Shown here piece by piece: positions 47,113 through 55,577 of a stretch of DNA of 64,000 nt. The translations under genes and the position numbers were made by a program. The first letter of the stretch is position 1; each line of letters begins with the position of its first letter. The notes beneath the pieces were generated by a model. That model was not told the DNA's origin, did not search any database, and saw only the letters and a program-made list of their open reading frames with translations. Source of the DNA: an uncultured Clostridia bacterium (GTDB taxonomy: Bacteria > Bacillota > Clostridia > Christensenellales > CAG-314); NCBI GenBank assembly GCA_947053925.1, contig CAMRUG010000002.1, forward strand, positions 174,003 to 238,002, in the 5' to 3' direction.

Positions 47113-48915
47113 TCAAGTATTTGCAAGCATATCGTTTATAACTTGACGTATAAACGTAATATTAAAGTTGTTATCGGACATTTGTTCAGATATTGTAGCG
47201 TGCGAAACAAATTTATCTTCAACTCCGAGAATTTTCAATGTGTTTCTTTTTTTTGTAGATGTAAGCCACCGTGCAACGCTTTGTCCGAATCCTCCGCTAA
47301 TAACATTCTCTTCAAGAGTAATTACCGCTTTTTCAGTTGAATACAAAAAAGCATCGTCCAACGGCTTAACTGTAGTTACATCCACTACCTCAATATCAAT
47401 GTCTGCAACCGCTTGCAATGCAAGTTCAACCATACGAGAACCAACTGCAAGAACAGTAATCTTTCCCTTATCTGTTTGCTTAACTACATTCCAAGTTCCT
47501 GTAAAATTGCGCTTTGCATCCGATAAATTTTTAGAATATCTGATTGCAACGGGTCCAAGTTCGCTTACGCTTGCAGTAATCATTTGAGATAATTCCAAGT
47601 AAGTTGAGGGCGTCCATATTTTTAAATTAGGTATGTTGCCGAGATAAGATAAATCAAAGAGGCCTTGGTGCGTTTTTCCGTCAGAACCAACAAACCCTGC
47701 TCTGTCTATCAAAAATGTAACCGGCAAATTTTGCAATGCAACGTCATGAAGAATTTGGTCGTAACTGCGTTGCAAAAACGTTGAATATATGGCAACAAAT
47801 GGCTTAGAGCCGCCTTTCGCTAAACCGGCAGCAAATGTTACTGCATGTTCTTCCGCTATACCGACGTCAAAAAATCTATCGGAAAATCTTTGTTTAAATT
47901 CGTCCAAACCGTTTGCGCGAGTCATAGCGGCGCATACCGCCACTACGGATTTGTCATTCTCGGCGAGATTGCAAAGAGTATCGCCCACAACGACGCAACT
48001 GTCTAAAGGACTGCTAATACTGTTTTGACTCGTTACGGAATGGTAATTTTCGGGGTCGTTTTCAGCTGGCAAATATCCCTTGCCTTTTTTAGTAACGATA
48101 TGTAAAACCGTCGGTTTGGTTACGTTATTCTTTATTTTAGTAAGATAATAAACTAAGTCTCTAATCTCGTTGCCGTCAATTATGCCGATATATTTTAAAT
48201 CAAAGTTGTCAAAATAACTGTTTCTGACATATCTGAGTTTAGCGCGGCGTTTACACCAACGCAAAAAACGGTAAGTAGGTTTACCAAGCAACGGAACGGC
48301 GAGCAAAAACTTTTTAAGTCTTTCTTTATTGCGGTCATATTTTCCAACGCGCAGTTTAGACATATTTACGGTAGCAGAACCTACATTGTCGCTGATAGAC
48401 ATATTGTTGTCGTTTAATATGACGAGGAAATTAGTTGCGTCTTTAATGTTATTTAACGCTTCGTAAGTCATACCGCAAGTCATAGAACCGTCGCCGACAA
48501 CAGATACTACGTTATAAGAATCTCCTACAATATCGCGTGCTTTTGCCAACCCGAGCGCCGCAGAAATCGACGTGCCTGCGTGCCCCGTATTAAAGCAATC
48601 GCTTTCGCTTTCAGAGCAATCGGGAAATCCGCTCAAACCGTTTTTTTGCCGTAAAGTAGAAAAATTCTCACCGCGATCGGTGAGAATTTTGTGAACGTAA
48701 CTTTGATGCCCAACATCCCACACTATCTTGTCATTTTCGTCAAATACGTAATGCAATGCAACGGTAAGTTCAACAGCGCCCAGATTGCTTGCTAAATGTC
48801 CGCCGGTTTGTAAAACTTCTGTAATAAGTTTTTGACGGATATCGGCACATAACTCGGGGAGTTGTTTTATGTCGAGCTTTTTTAAATCTTGAATATTTTT
48901 TACTTGTTCAAGCAC
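47113..48915 (-). CDS. dxs: 1-deoxy-D-xylulose-5-phosphate synthase
   Basis: Blocks GGHLASNLGAVELTVALH, GHAGTSISAALG and the TPP-binding VGDGSMTCGM, plus transketolase-like pyrimidine-binding and C-terminal domains. Confidence 0.95.
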   Translation of the reverse strand: MLEQVKNIQDLKKLDIKQLPELCADIRQKLITEVLQTGGHLASNLGAVELTVALHYVFDENDKIVWDVGHQSYVHKILTDRGENFSTLRQKNGLSGFPDCSESESDCFNTGHAGTSISAALGLAKARDIVGDSYNVVSVVGDGSMTCGMTYEALNNIKDATNFLVILNDNNMSISDNVGSATVNMSKLRVGKYDRNKERLKKFLLAVPLLGKPTYRFLRWCKRRAKLRYVRNSYFDNFDLKYIGIIDGNEIRDLVYYLTKIKNNVTKPTVLHIVTKKGKGYLPAENDPENYHSVTSQNSISSPLDSCVVVGDTLCNLAENDKSVVAVCAAMTRANGLDEFKQRFSDRFFDVGIAEEHAVTFAAGLAKGGSKPFVAIYSTFLQRSYDQILHDVALQNLPVTFLIDRAGFVGSDGKTHQGLFDLSYLGNIPNLKIWTPSTYLELSQMITASVSELGPVAIRYSKNLSDAKRNFTGTWNVVKQTDKGKITVLAVGSRMVELALQAVADIDIEVVDVTTVKPLDDAFLYSTEKAVITLEENVISGGFGQSVARWLTSTKKRNTLKILGVEDKFVSHATISEQMSDNNFNITFIRQVINDMLANT

Positions 48916-48916
48916 A

Positions 48917-49576
48917 CTAGCCTTCTTTGCGGAAAACGCTTAAAAATTTTGCAACGCCGAAGATAATATTATTGGCCCTATTTACGGCATAATTTTTACC
49001 TATCGCTTTAAAAGTAATTGTCATTGTTGAGATAATGGCATATATCGCTACTTTAATAAAAAAGTTGGCAATATCCGAAAGATTCTCAGTAAAATCACGC
49101 GTTACGCTTAAAACAATAGATGCGGCGCATACACCGGAGACGATTCCGCATATATCGCCTACAATATCGCAACATACGGATGATACGATATGACTTTTCT
49201 TAGATAATTTAACTGCTGTCTTAGCCCCTTTAACTTTACGCGAAGCCATAGCCAAAAACGGTTCGACATCACAAGAAGTTGCCGCCGTGCCTACCATATC
49301 GAATGCTACGCCTAACGCCAATATCAAAAGCGTTAACAGACAAGACAACCATATTTGCGCGTCAGACAGTACCAATTCCGATGCCGCATTAACTCCCGCC
49401 GACAAAAACAAAGTAATAACGAACGCTTTCAGCGGCCACAAATTGTGTTTTTTCTTTTTCTTTTCGTTTTTTTCTTTCTTCTTATCCGTCTGGGCAGACT
49501 GACTGACTGCAATATTCTGTTCTTGTTCGTTTGTTTCGCTTTGTTCCCGTAACGGAACAGGGTCAGAATTTTTCAT
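48917..49576 (-). CDS. oapA: Small four-pass membrane protein, probable OLE-associated protein A
   Basis: 219 aa with a Lys-rich N-terminal tail (TDKKKEKNEKKKKKH) and about 4 TM helices bearing intramembrane acidic motifs (FDMVGTAATSCD, CCDIVGD). It sits immediately downstream of the structured RNA and 1 nt upstream of dxs, which is the canonical oapA position. Confidence 0.65.
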   Translation of the reverse strand: MKNSDPVPLREQSETNEQEQNIAVSQSAQTDKKKEKNEKKKKKHNLWPLKAFVITLFLSAGVNAASELVLSDAQIWLSCLLTLLILALGVAFDMVGTAATSCDVEPFLAMASRKVKGAKTAVKLSKKSHIVSSVCCDIVGDICGIVSGVCAASIVLSVTRDFTENLSDIANFFIKVAIYAIISTMTITFKAIGKNYAVNRANNIIFGVAKFLSVFRKEG

Positions 49577-49597
49577 AAATCTCCGTTATTATTTTAA

Positions 49598-49622
49598 ACG
49601 GCAAAACAAATATTTTGCCGCT
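49598..49622 (-). other. Hairpin between the structured RNA and oapA (weak terminator/processing signal)
   Basis: Minus strand: CGGCAAAA - UAUUUG - UUUUGCCG followed by UUUAAAAU, about 20 nt before the oapA RBS GGAG. Confidence 0.4.
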
Positions 49623-49656
49623 TTAAAATTCTTTTGATTATTTATAATATAAAATA

Positions 49657-50226
49657 GGTGGTGACTTGTTAAATAAACCTTACGGCATAGGTTCAGTAGG
49701 ATTTCCCAAGCAAAAACTCCCCGTCGCCGAAGAAGCAGTTTCCTTTTAATTTTGCCTACAATGCGTCGCCGCAATCGTAACTGAATCGCCACTTAGTCCG
49801 TACTATAATCTCTAACAAGTCTAGTTACAGTCTAGAAGATTTCCTTTGCAGTAATGTCGTATTTTAGTTTCTTTTGCAAAATTCATTTCGTAAAGCCATC
49901 GGTAAACGTTGTCGGCCAACAAGCGCTCACCGTTCATTACTCCCAAAATTTCACTCAAAACAAGCTACTCTGTACACAGCTTTTTATTCACCGCATAGCA
50001 GGTTTAATCTCAGAGAGTAGCGACAAATGTTGCCACCCTGTAGAGTCTCCACGAATACTGGGACTATGACGTATGCCATTACGCTTTACCCACCATTCTT
50101 AACTTCCAGCACCAACCCTCGTTTGGGCAACGAAAGCCAGCACAAGAAACTTCATCGATATGCTCGTCGACGGTCTTTTAGGCCCGCCTTCAATACGTCG
50201 ATTACTGACTAGAATACTGCACCACC
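49657..50226 (-). ncRNA. ole: Probable OLE (ornate, large, extremophilic) RNA; boundaries approximate
   Basis: This ORF-free spacer is richer in G+C than other spacers in the window. The termini form a 7-bp long-range helix (5' GGUGGUG ... CACCACC 3', ~570 nt apart), and many local hairpins lie between them. The gene order xseA-xseB-ispA-[RNA]-membrane protein-dxs matches the known OLE/oapA locus. No covariance-model search was possible. Confidence 0.7.
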
Positions 50227-50263
50227 AAATTATATTCAATTAAGAGTTTTAAACTCAGTTATA

Positions 50264-50292
50264 ATTTTAGCATATTATAGAAAAATATGCAA
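50264..50292 (-). promoter_or_regulatory. Candidate sigma-A promoter in front of the structured RNA
   Basis: The minus strand reads TTGCAT - 17 nt - TAAAAT, about 35 nt upstream of the 5' GGUGGUG helix strand. Confidence 0.45.
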
Positions 50293-50334
50293 GTGTATTG
50301 AATGTTATGCCCGAAAAGGTGATTTTTTGAGAAT

Positions 50335-51144
50335 CTATTTTGTCCTGATCAAATTTTGCTCAACAATATTTTCAATAAATGTCATATCATACGGCAATTT
50401 GGCAATAAGCGCTTTTATTTCATCCGTCAGTTTTAACGTGTAATCTTTTAAAGCGCGTTCACTCATAACATCCAAAAACGATTTTTCACACTTATTTGAG
50501 TCGAGCATATCGTCCACAGCCTGATAACAAATGCCGAGTTTTATTGCCACTTGGTCCAGAATTTCTGTTTCCTCGTCATTTGCGCCGGCGCACAATGCCC
50601 CGCAAACTAATGCAGCTCGAATCAAATCGCCAGTCTTATGCAGAGCAACATCGTTAGCTTCTTCTACCGTTTTTGTTTCGGTAAACAAATCCAAAGACTG
50701 TCCGCGTACCATACCGTTAATCCCGCTCATTTTAAGCATAAACTGACAAGCTTTTGCATATCCCTTATTGCTTAAAGAACCTTTGAATAACGTTTCTACG
50801 GCAAGGTTTAGCAATGCGTCGCCGGCAAGAACCGCGGCGGCTTCGCCAAACTGCATATGGCAAGACCTTTTACCGCGTCTTACGTCGTCATTGTCCATAC
50901 AGGGCAAATCATCGTGAATAAGCGAATAAGTATGGATAAATTCCAATGCGGCGGCCATAATTTTAGCATTTTCGTTAATCTTACCACCGACAGCTTTTGC
51001 TGTAGCAAGCAGCAGCATCGGTCTTATGCGTTTACCTCCGCTAAAAAGACTATACTGCATCGCCTGAGCAACTTTATCGTTGCTGTTAGGAAAGTAGCCA
51101 CGCAAAATCTCATCTACAATTTCAATGCCAATACTATTTTTCAT
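50335..51144 (-). CDS. ispA: Farnesyl/geranyl diphosphate synthase (polyprenyl synthetase)
   Basis: First Asp-rich motif LIHDDLPCMDNDDVRRG and second motif QAVDDMLD. Confidence 0.92.
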   Translation of the reverse strand: MKNSIGIEIVDEILRGYFPNSNDKVAQAMQYSLFSGGKRIRPMLLLATAKAVGGKINENAKIMAAALEFIHTYSLIHDDLPCMDNDDVRRGKRSCHMQFGEAAAVLAGDALLNLAVETLFKGSLSNKGYAKACQFMLKMSGINGMVRGQSLDLFTETKTVEEANDVALHKTGDLIRAALVCGALCAGANDEETEILDQVAIKLGICYQAVDDMLDSNKCEKSFLDVMSERALKDYTLKLTDEIKALIAKLPYDMTFIENIVEQNLIRTK

Positions 51145-51331
51145 CTGTCAATTTCCTCACTTTTTCCTGCAATACTACAAGTTTTCCTTTACAATCGTTT
51201 AAAGTTTTTAGGCAATCTTCCGCCAAATTAACACTTTCTTCAAAAATTGCAAGAGACTCTTCCAGCGATAAGCCTTCTTCAATCTGCGTTGCTAATTTAT
51301 CTAGTTTATCAAGTTTTTGTTCCAAGCTCAT
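51134..51331 (-). CDS. xseB: Exodeoxyribonuclease VII small subunit
   Basis: 65-aa helical protein (LEESLAIFEESVNLAEDCLKTL) that overlaps both neighbours within the xseA-xseB-ispA order. Confidence 0.9.
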   Translation of the reverse strand: MSLEQKLDKLDKLATQIEEGLSLEESLAIFEESVNLAEDCLKTLNDCKGKLVVLQEKVRKLTDEK

Positions 51332-52503
51332 TTTTTCACCTTATCGATAACTTTTGCATAAATTTCGCCGTCATATAGCGTCATTCGTATTTTAGAATCA
51401 ACTTCAATATCGTCAACCGATTTTACAACATTGCAGTTATTAGAGATATAAGCATAACCGCGCTGCAAAACTTTAACAGGATTCATCGAATCGATTTTCG
51501 ATAGATTATTATCAATAGCATTTTTGACGTTTATTGTGCACAATTCTACCGAATTTTGTATGGAATACAATCGCTGTCTAATAGTAGCGACAGTTTGTTC
51601 GACATTATAGGCAATATCGGCATTTACTCGCCTTGTGTCGTAATTTACTTTGTCAAAATACGATTTTAATCTTGCTAATATCATTGCCTGATTGTGTTCA
51701 AGCAGTGAATAAATTTTATCTTTGATTTGTCGGGAATCTATTGTAACAAATTCAGCCGCTTCCGAAGGCGTAACCGCACGGCGGTCTGCGGCAAAATCAC
51801 ACAGGGTAAAGTCAACGCCGTGCCCTACAGCCGAAACAATCGGCTTGTTACAATTTGCAACTGCACGGACTACGACTTCAGAATTGAATACGGATAGATC
51901 TTCATTAGAACCGCCGCCGCGTCCTACAATTACAACGTCTACATCAGCTGTATTAAAATAATCAATACCTGCGGCGATTTCTTCGCTTGCGCCGTCGCCC
52001 TGAACTTTTACAGAATATAAAATCAAATCAGTAAAGGGCTGTCTCCTTAAACATACATTAGTAATGTCGTGAATCACAGCTCCGGTTTGACTGGTTACTA
52101 CGCCCACCTTTCTGCAACACTTGGGGACAACTCTTTTTCTCGATTCGTCAAACAAACCTTCCTTTTCAAGTTTTTCTTTCAATTCAACAAATCTGAGATA
52201 GGCAGTTCCCGTATTCAAAGTAGAAGTCAAACGTCTTACAAAAAAAGATAAGCTCCCTGTTCTGGTAAAATAATTTATCTGACCTTCCGCTACAACCATA
52301 TTGCCTGCTTCTGGAACAGTCAAACTGTCATAGCAAAAACAGTTTACGGCAGCAGAATCGTCTTTAAGCGAAAAATACCAGCCGTCGCGGGACTTTTTTA
52401 TATTGGTAATTTCACCGCAGACAGAAACGTTCCCTAGCACTCCGTCAATATCAATTATTCCGCGAATGTAATTATTAAGTTGAGTAACGTTAATTGTCAT
52501 CAA
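51328..52503 (-). CDS. xseA: Exodeoxyribonuclease VII large subunit
   Basis: N-terminal OB fold (VCGEITNIKKSRDGWYFSLKD) and catalytic core (VVTSQTGAVIHD, IVGRGGGSNEDL). Confidence 0.93.
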   Translation of the reverse strand: MMTINVTQLNNYIRGIIDIDGVLGNVSVCGEITNIKKSRDGWYFSLKDDSAAVNCFCYDSLTVPEAGNMVVAEGQINYFTRTGSLSFFVRRLTSTLNTGTAYLRFVELKEKLEKEGLFDESRKRVVPKCCRKVGVVTSQTGAVIHDITNVCLRRQPFTDLILYSVKVQGDGASEEIAAGIDYFNTADVDVVIVGRGGGSNEDLSVFNSEVVVRAVANCNKPIVSAVGHGVDFTLCDFAADRRAVTPSEAAEFVTIDSRQIKDKIYSLLEHNQAMILARLKSYFDKVNYDTRRVNADIAYNVEQTVATIRQRLYSIQNSVELCTINVKNAIDNNLSKIDSMNPVKVLQRGYAYISNNCNVVKSVDDIEVDSKIRMTLYDGEIYAKVIDKVKK

Positions 52504-53324
52504 ATACCCTTAGCGGCCAATAACAAATTTTTAAACAAGGTTGCGCGGGTTACAGGGCCTATTCCGCCCGGTACGGGAGAGACGGCTTCACATTTATCAT
52601 AAACTTCTTTAGCAACGTCTCCGCAAGTAACGCCGTTAACAAAACTCAATCCTACGTCGATCACGATACTTTTATCTGTTACAAAATTGTCCGTTACCAA
52701 CCCTGCAACGCCGCAAGCGGATACAATAATATCCGCACGACGGCAGATCGATGGCAAATCGACTGTTTTAGTATGGCATATCGTAACCGTGGCGTTACGT
52801 TGTAGAAGCATAAGTGCCAAAGGCTTCCCGACGGCGTTTCCCCTACCTATTATTACCACATTCTTGCCATACAAATCTATTTCGTAATAATCCAACAAAT
52901 TTAATACTGCCTGAGGCGTTGCAGGACGCAATCCTGCCTCTCCGTTGTACAACTTACAAATAGACAGCGGATTAAGACAGTCTATATCTTTTTTAATATC
53001 AATACTGCTCAAAACCTCGGCATATTGTATGGGCAACGGTTGCTGAAGTATTATTCCTGCAACATTTTTTTTCGCAGAAATACGTTTTAAAGTTTCGCTC
53101 AACTCAATAGGCGCACAATCGTCAGAAACAAGTTCGTTCTTACAGGTAATACCGAAATTTTTTGCGCTTTTAATCAAAGAAGATACATACTGATTCCAAC
53201 GCGGTTCGTCAAATCCTATTGCATACAAAGTACCTATTTGCTTTTTATCTGTTTGTAATTTTATTTCTTCGCAAATAGAGTCCACGACCGGTTTTCCCAA
53301 TAATAATTTGGCACTCATCGTCAA
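52500..53324 (-). CDS. folD: Bifunctional methylenetetrahydrofolate dehydrogenase/cyclohydrolase
   Basis: Blocks VVIIGRGNAVGKPLALML and PVPGGIGPVTRATL. Confidence 0.93.
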   Translation of the reverse strand: MTMSAKLLLGKPVVDSICEEIKLQTDKKQIGTLYAIGFDEPRWNQYVSSLIKSAKNFGITCKNELVSDDCAPIELSETLKRISAKKNVAGIILQQPLPIQYAEVLSSIDIKKDIDCLNPLSICKLYNGEAGLRPATPQAVLNLLDYYEIDLYGKNVVIIGRGNAVGKPLALMLLQRNATVTICHTKTVDLPSICRRADIIVSACGVAGLVTDNFVTDKSIVIDVGLSFVNGVTCGDVAKEVYDKCEAVSPVPGGIGPVTRATLFKNLLLAAKGI

Positions 53325-53710
53325 ATCTCCTTTGCAATAGCAGACAAAACGCCGTTAACGAACGAAACGCTTTTATCTGTCGAATATTTTTTTGCAAACC
53401 CCACCGCCTCGTTTATAACAACGGCTTTAGGCGTATCGAGATTCTTCAGTTCATATAAAGCAAGTTCTAATGCGGCCAAATCTAAGCGGTAAATTCGCGA
53501 CAATTTAAACTGACGCGAATGTTCGGCAATTACAATATCTAAATCGACCTTATTGGCTATTGCTCCGTCCACAAGCATTTTTGCAAAGGACAAATCCTCT
53601 TCGGTTAATTTATCTTGGTCGAACTGCGAAAAATCCCCGTCAAATTCTCCGCTTATTAAAAATGTATATAGTTTACAAAATGCAACTTCTCTTGCGTAAC
53701 TTCTCATCAA
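53321..53710 (-). CDS. nusB: Transcription antitermination factor NusB
   Basis: 129 aa. Blocks RSYAREVAFCKLY, LELALYEL, INEAVGFAKKY and FVNGVL. Confidence 0.92.
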   Translation of the reverse strand: MMRSYAREVAFCKLYTFLISGEFDGDFSQFDQDKLTEEDLSFAKMLVDGAIANKVDLDIVIAEHSRQFKLSRIYRLDLAALELALYELKNLDTPKAVVINEAVGFAKKYSTDKSVSFVNGVLSAIAKEI

Positions 53711-53761
53711 AAAACTCCGTTATATACTAAAAACCCTTTGACAATTCAAAGGGTTATAGCG

Positions 53762-54091
53762 TTAATTTTCTTCAAACTCTACGTCAATGACGTGTACATT
53801 CACGTCTTTTACCTTAAACTCAGTCATACTTTCTATCGTATTTTTGACGGTATTTTGTATATTGCTGGCGACATCGCTTACCTCAACATTGTATCGGAGT
53901 TTAACGTAAACGTCCACATACATTTCATCGGCAATCTGTTCAACCTTTATTGAGTCGCGGGCTTGCTTGGAATTCTCCGTATATTTTACAACGCCGTCGA
54001 CTTCGTTTAATGCGCAGTCAACTATGTCTCGCAAGATTTCGCTACTGTATACAAGTCTTCCCGACTTATCAAACCTATTTATAACCTTCAT
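53762..54091 (-). CDS. Asp23/Gls24 family envelope stress protein (YqhY-like)
   Basis: Block ILRDIVDCALNEVDGVV with an acidic C-terminus. It sits upstream of nusB, as yqhY does in B. subtilis. Confidence 0.85.
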   Translation of the reverse strand: MKVINRFDKSGRLVYSSEILRDIVDCALNEVDGVVKYTENSKQARDSIKVEQIADEMYVDVYVKLRYNVEVSDVASNIQNTVKNTIESMTEFKVKDVNVHVIDVEFEEN

Positions 54092-54151
54092 AAACGGCTC
54101 CTAAGTTTATCTTTAGTTTGATTATAGCACACAATTTTAAAAATTACAAGA

Positions 54152-54631
54152 TTAAACAGACAGAATTCTTACATATTCGTGTGATATCGCCGCTTGAGTT
54201 GAGATAACATTATAAATACGAACCGTATCTTCTCTCTTTAAATCGCTTTTGTCAACAATTACGCTTACATTATCGGAATTTGCATTAACCGTAACCAAAA
54301 CGTCGTTATAACCTTGAGCCTTCAACAATGTTTCCAGCAATAGCTCCGTTTCCATTGCGTCAACGATTTTTTGCTTTTTAACAAGTGCATTTTGACGAGC
54401 TTCTTTATATTCGTCCCCTTCCATTGCCAAGATTTGATTCAACTCTGCAATTTCGTAATTACGGGTCGTTTGTCTGTCCAAACGAGATGTTTGGAAAAAG
54501 CTTGTTTGTGTAACGTCGCCGTCTTTTCCGTCGTTGTTTTTAGTTGTTAGCAATGTAACGTTTAACACTGCCGCAACCACAAGTACAAGCACCATAGAAA
54601 CAATCAACGCAATCTTTTTACCTTTCTTCAT
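54152..54631 (-). CDS. spoIIIAH: Stage III sporulation protein AH
   Basis: N-terminal TM segment, FF..SRLDR motif, and a C-terminal YscJ/FliF-like region (ETLLKAQGYNDVLVTV). It is the last gene of the spoIIIA operon. Confidence 0.85.
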   Translation of the reverse strand: MKKGKKIALIVSMVLVLVVAAVLNVTLLTTKNNDGKDGDVTQTSFFQTSRLDRQTTRNYEIAELNQILAMEGDEYKEARQNALVKKQKIVDAMETELLLETLLKAQGYNDVLVTVNANSDNVSVIVDKSDLKREDTVRIYNVISTQAAISHEYVRILSV

Positions 54632-54643
54632 AAAATACTCCTC

Positions 54644-55138
54644 CTAACTTTTATATGTGAACACTTGAACTTTCGATACGTCGATACCGAGCAGTGTTAC
54701 TACCACTTCAATAATTTTCATCTTTACTATCGGGTCCTTAGCGCCTTCGGCAACAATTACCACACCTAGTATATTTGGCGGTAAAACTTTTACAACTAAC
54801 GGCTCGCCTTTAACGAATACTACGCTACTTGTTTCTTTTACAATATCGCCCGTGGTATTCGTTACGGTTTCGTATGCATAAACTTTTTCTTCATACGCAT
54901 CGTGAGATATTGCCGCCGTAGCATTTCCGCAACCGTCAATTTTTTCTATTACGCTAACAATTTTATGCTCCATTTGGCTTATATATGATTCGTTGATTGT
55001 GTTTTTTGTGGCATTTTGTGTAGAAAAACCGGATAGAGCAATCAAAGCAATCACTATCAGCGCAAGTACCAATGCTATGTATATTTCTATATGCTTAATT
55101 GATTTAAATTTTACAAAAAAATCACTTACTTTTTTCAT
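54644..55138 (-). CDS. spoIIIAG: Stage III sporulation protein AG
   Basis: N-terminal TM segment. C-terminal block GVVIVAEGAKDPIVKMKIIEVVVTLLGIDVSKVQV is typical of SpoIIIAG. Confidence 0.85.
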   Translation of the reverse strand: MKKVSDFFVKFKSIKHIEIYIALVLALIVIALIALSGFSTQNATKNTINESYISQMEHKIVSVIEKIDGCGNATAAISHDAYEEKVYAYETVTNTTGDIVKETSSVVFVKGEPLVVKVLPPNILGVVIVAEGAKDPIVKMKIIEVVVTLLGIDVSKVQVFTYKS

Positions 55139-55142
55139 TCCT

Positions 55143-55577
55143 TTACTTCCATATAATTATGATTTTATAATTTGGAAAATATCTGTTCAGCACTTGATTA
55201 ACTGTTTTTTCTTTTTCAGACGTTTGTTCTGCATCAAGCCGCAATTCTACTATTTTCTCATCAACTACGCTAATATTGTCAACCTGTATATTACTATCGT
55301 TTAATATTCTTTTAACATTGTCTATTGCAACGGTTTCTTGACGCTGACTGATATGGTTCAGATAAGACTGCTGAATTTCTATCTTACCGCCCGACTGTAT
55401 CCAATTTCCGCTTTCCGAAGAAGTAAACAGACTTATAATCGGTTGTACTATAACTAAAGTTATTACTATTCCTACTACCGTTTTAATGTATTTCCGCGTA
55501 TTACCGTCAGGCAATATTACATCGCATAATACTGCCAAAACAGCTATTCCGCATATACTGATTACCCATGCACCCAT
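55143..55577 (-). CDS. spoIIIAF: Stage III sporulation protein AF
   Basis: Two N-terminal TM helices (WVISICGIAVLAVLCDVILPDGNTRKYIKTVVGIVI), plus operon position. Confidence 0.8.
   Translation of the reverse strand: MGAWVISICGIAVLAVLCDVILPDGNTRKYIKTVVGIVITLVIVQPIISLFTSSESGNWIQSGGKIEIQQSYLNHISQRQETVAIDNVKRILNDSNIQVDNISVVDEKIVELRLDAEQTSEKEKTVNQVLNRYFPNYKIIIIWK

Noticed and set aside
49430-49500. Poly-purine/pyrimidine run (TTTTTTCTTTTTCTTTTCGTTTTTTTCTTTCTTCTT) in oapA, considered as a slippage-prone tract.
   Set aside because: The longest homopolymers in it are only 6-7 T (6 at 49448..49453, 7 at 49467..49473), shorter than the G9/C9 tract, and the run is interrupted throughout. It simply encodes the K/E-rich N-terminal tail in frame.
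49589-50212. Track ORFs 49589..49792(-), 49854..50069(+) and 50027..50212(+) inside the ispA-oapA spacer.
   Set aside because: They are short, have no RBS, and have Arg/Leu-rich or low-complexity translations. They overlap each other on both strands, and the region is better explained as a structured RNA.
49577-50334. Alternative identities for the structured region: RNase P RNA, tmRNA, cobalamin riboswitch, ORF-less group II intron.
   Set aside because: I could not find the hallmark sequences. There is no GAGGAAAGUCC-type P4 strand, no tRNA-like GGGG...UCCACCA ends, no B12 box, and no GUGCG 5' end or domain V. The ispA/oapA/dxs context points to OLE instead.
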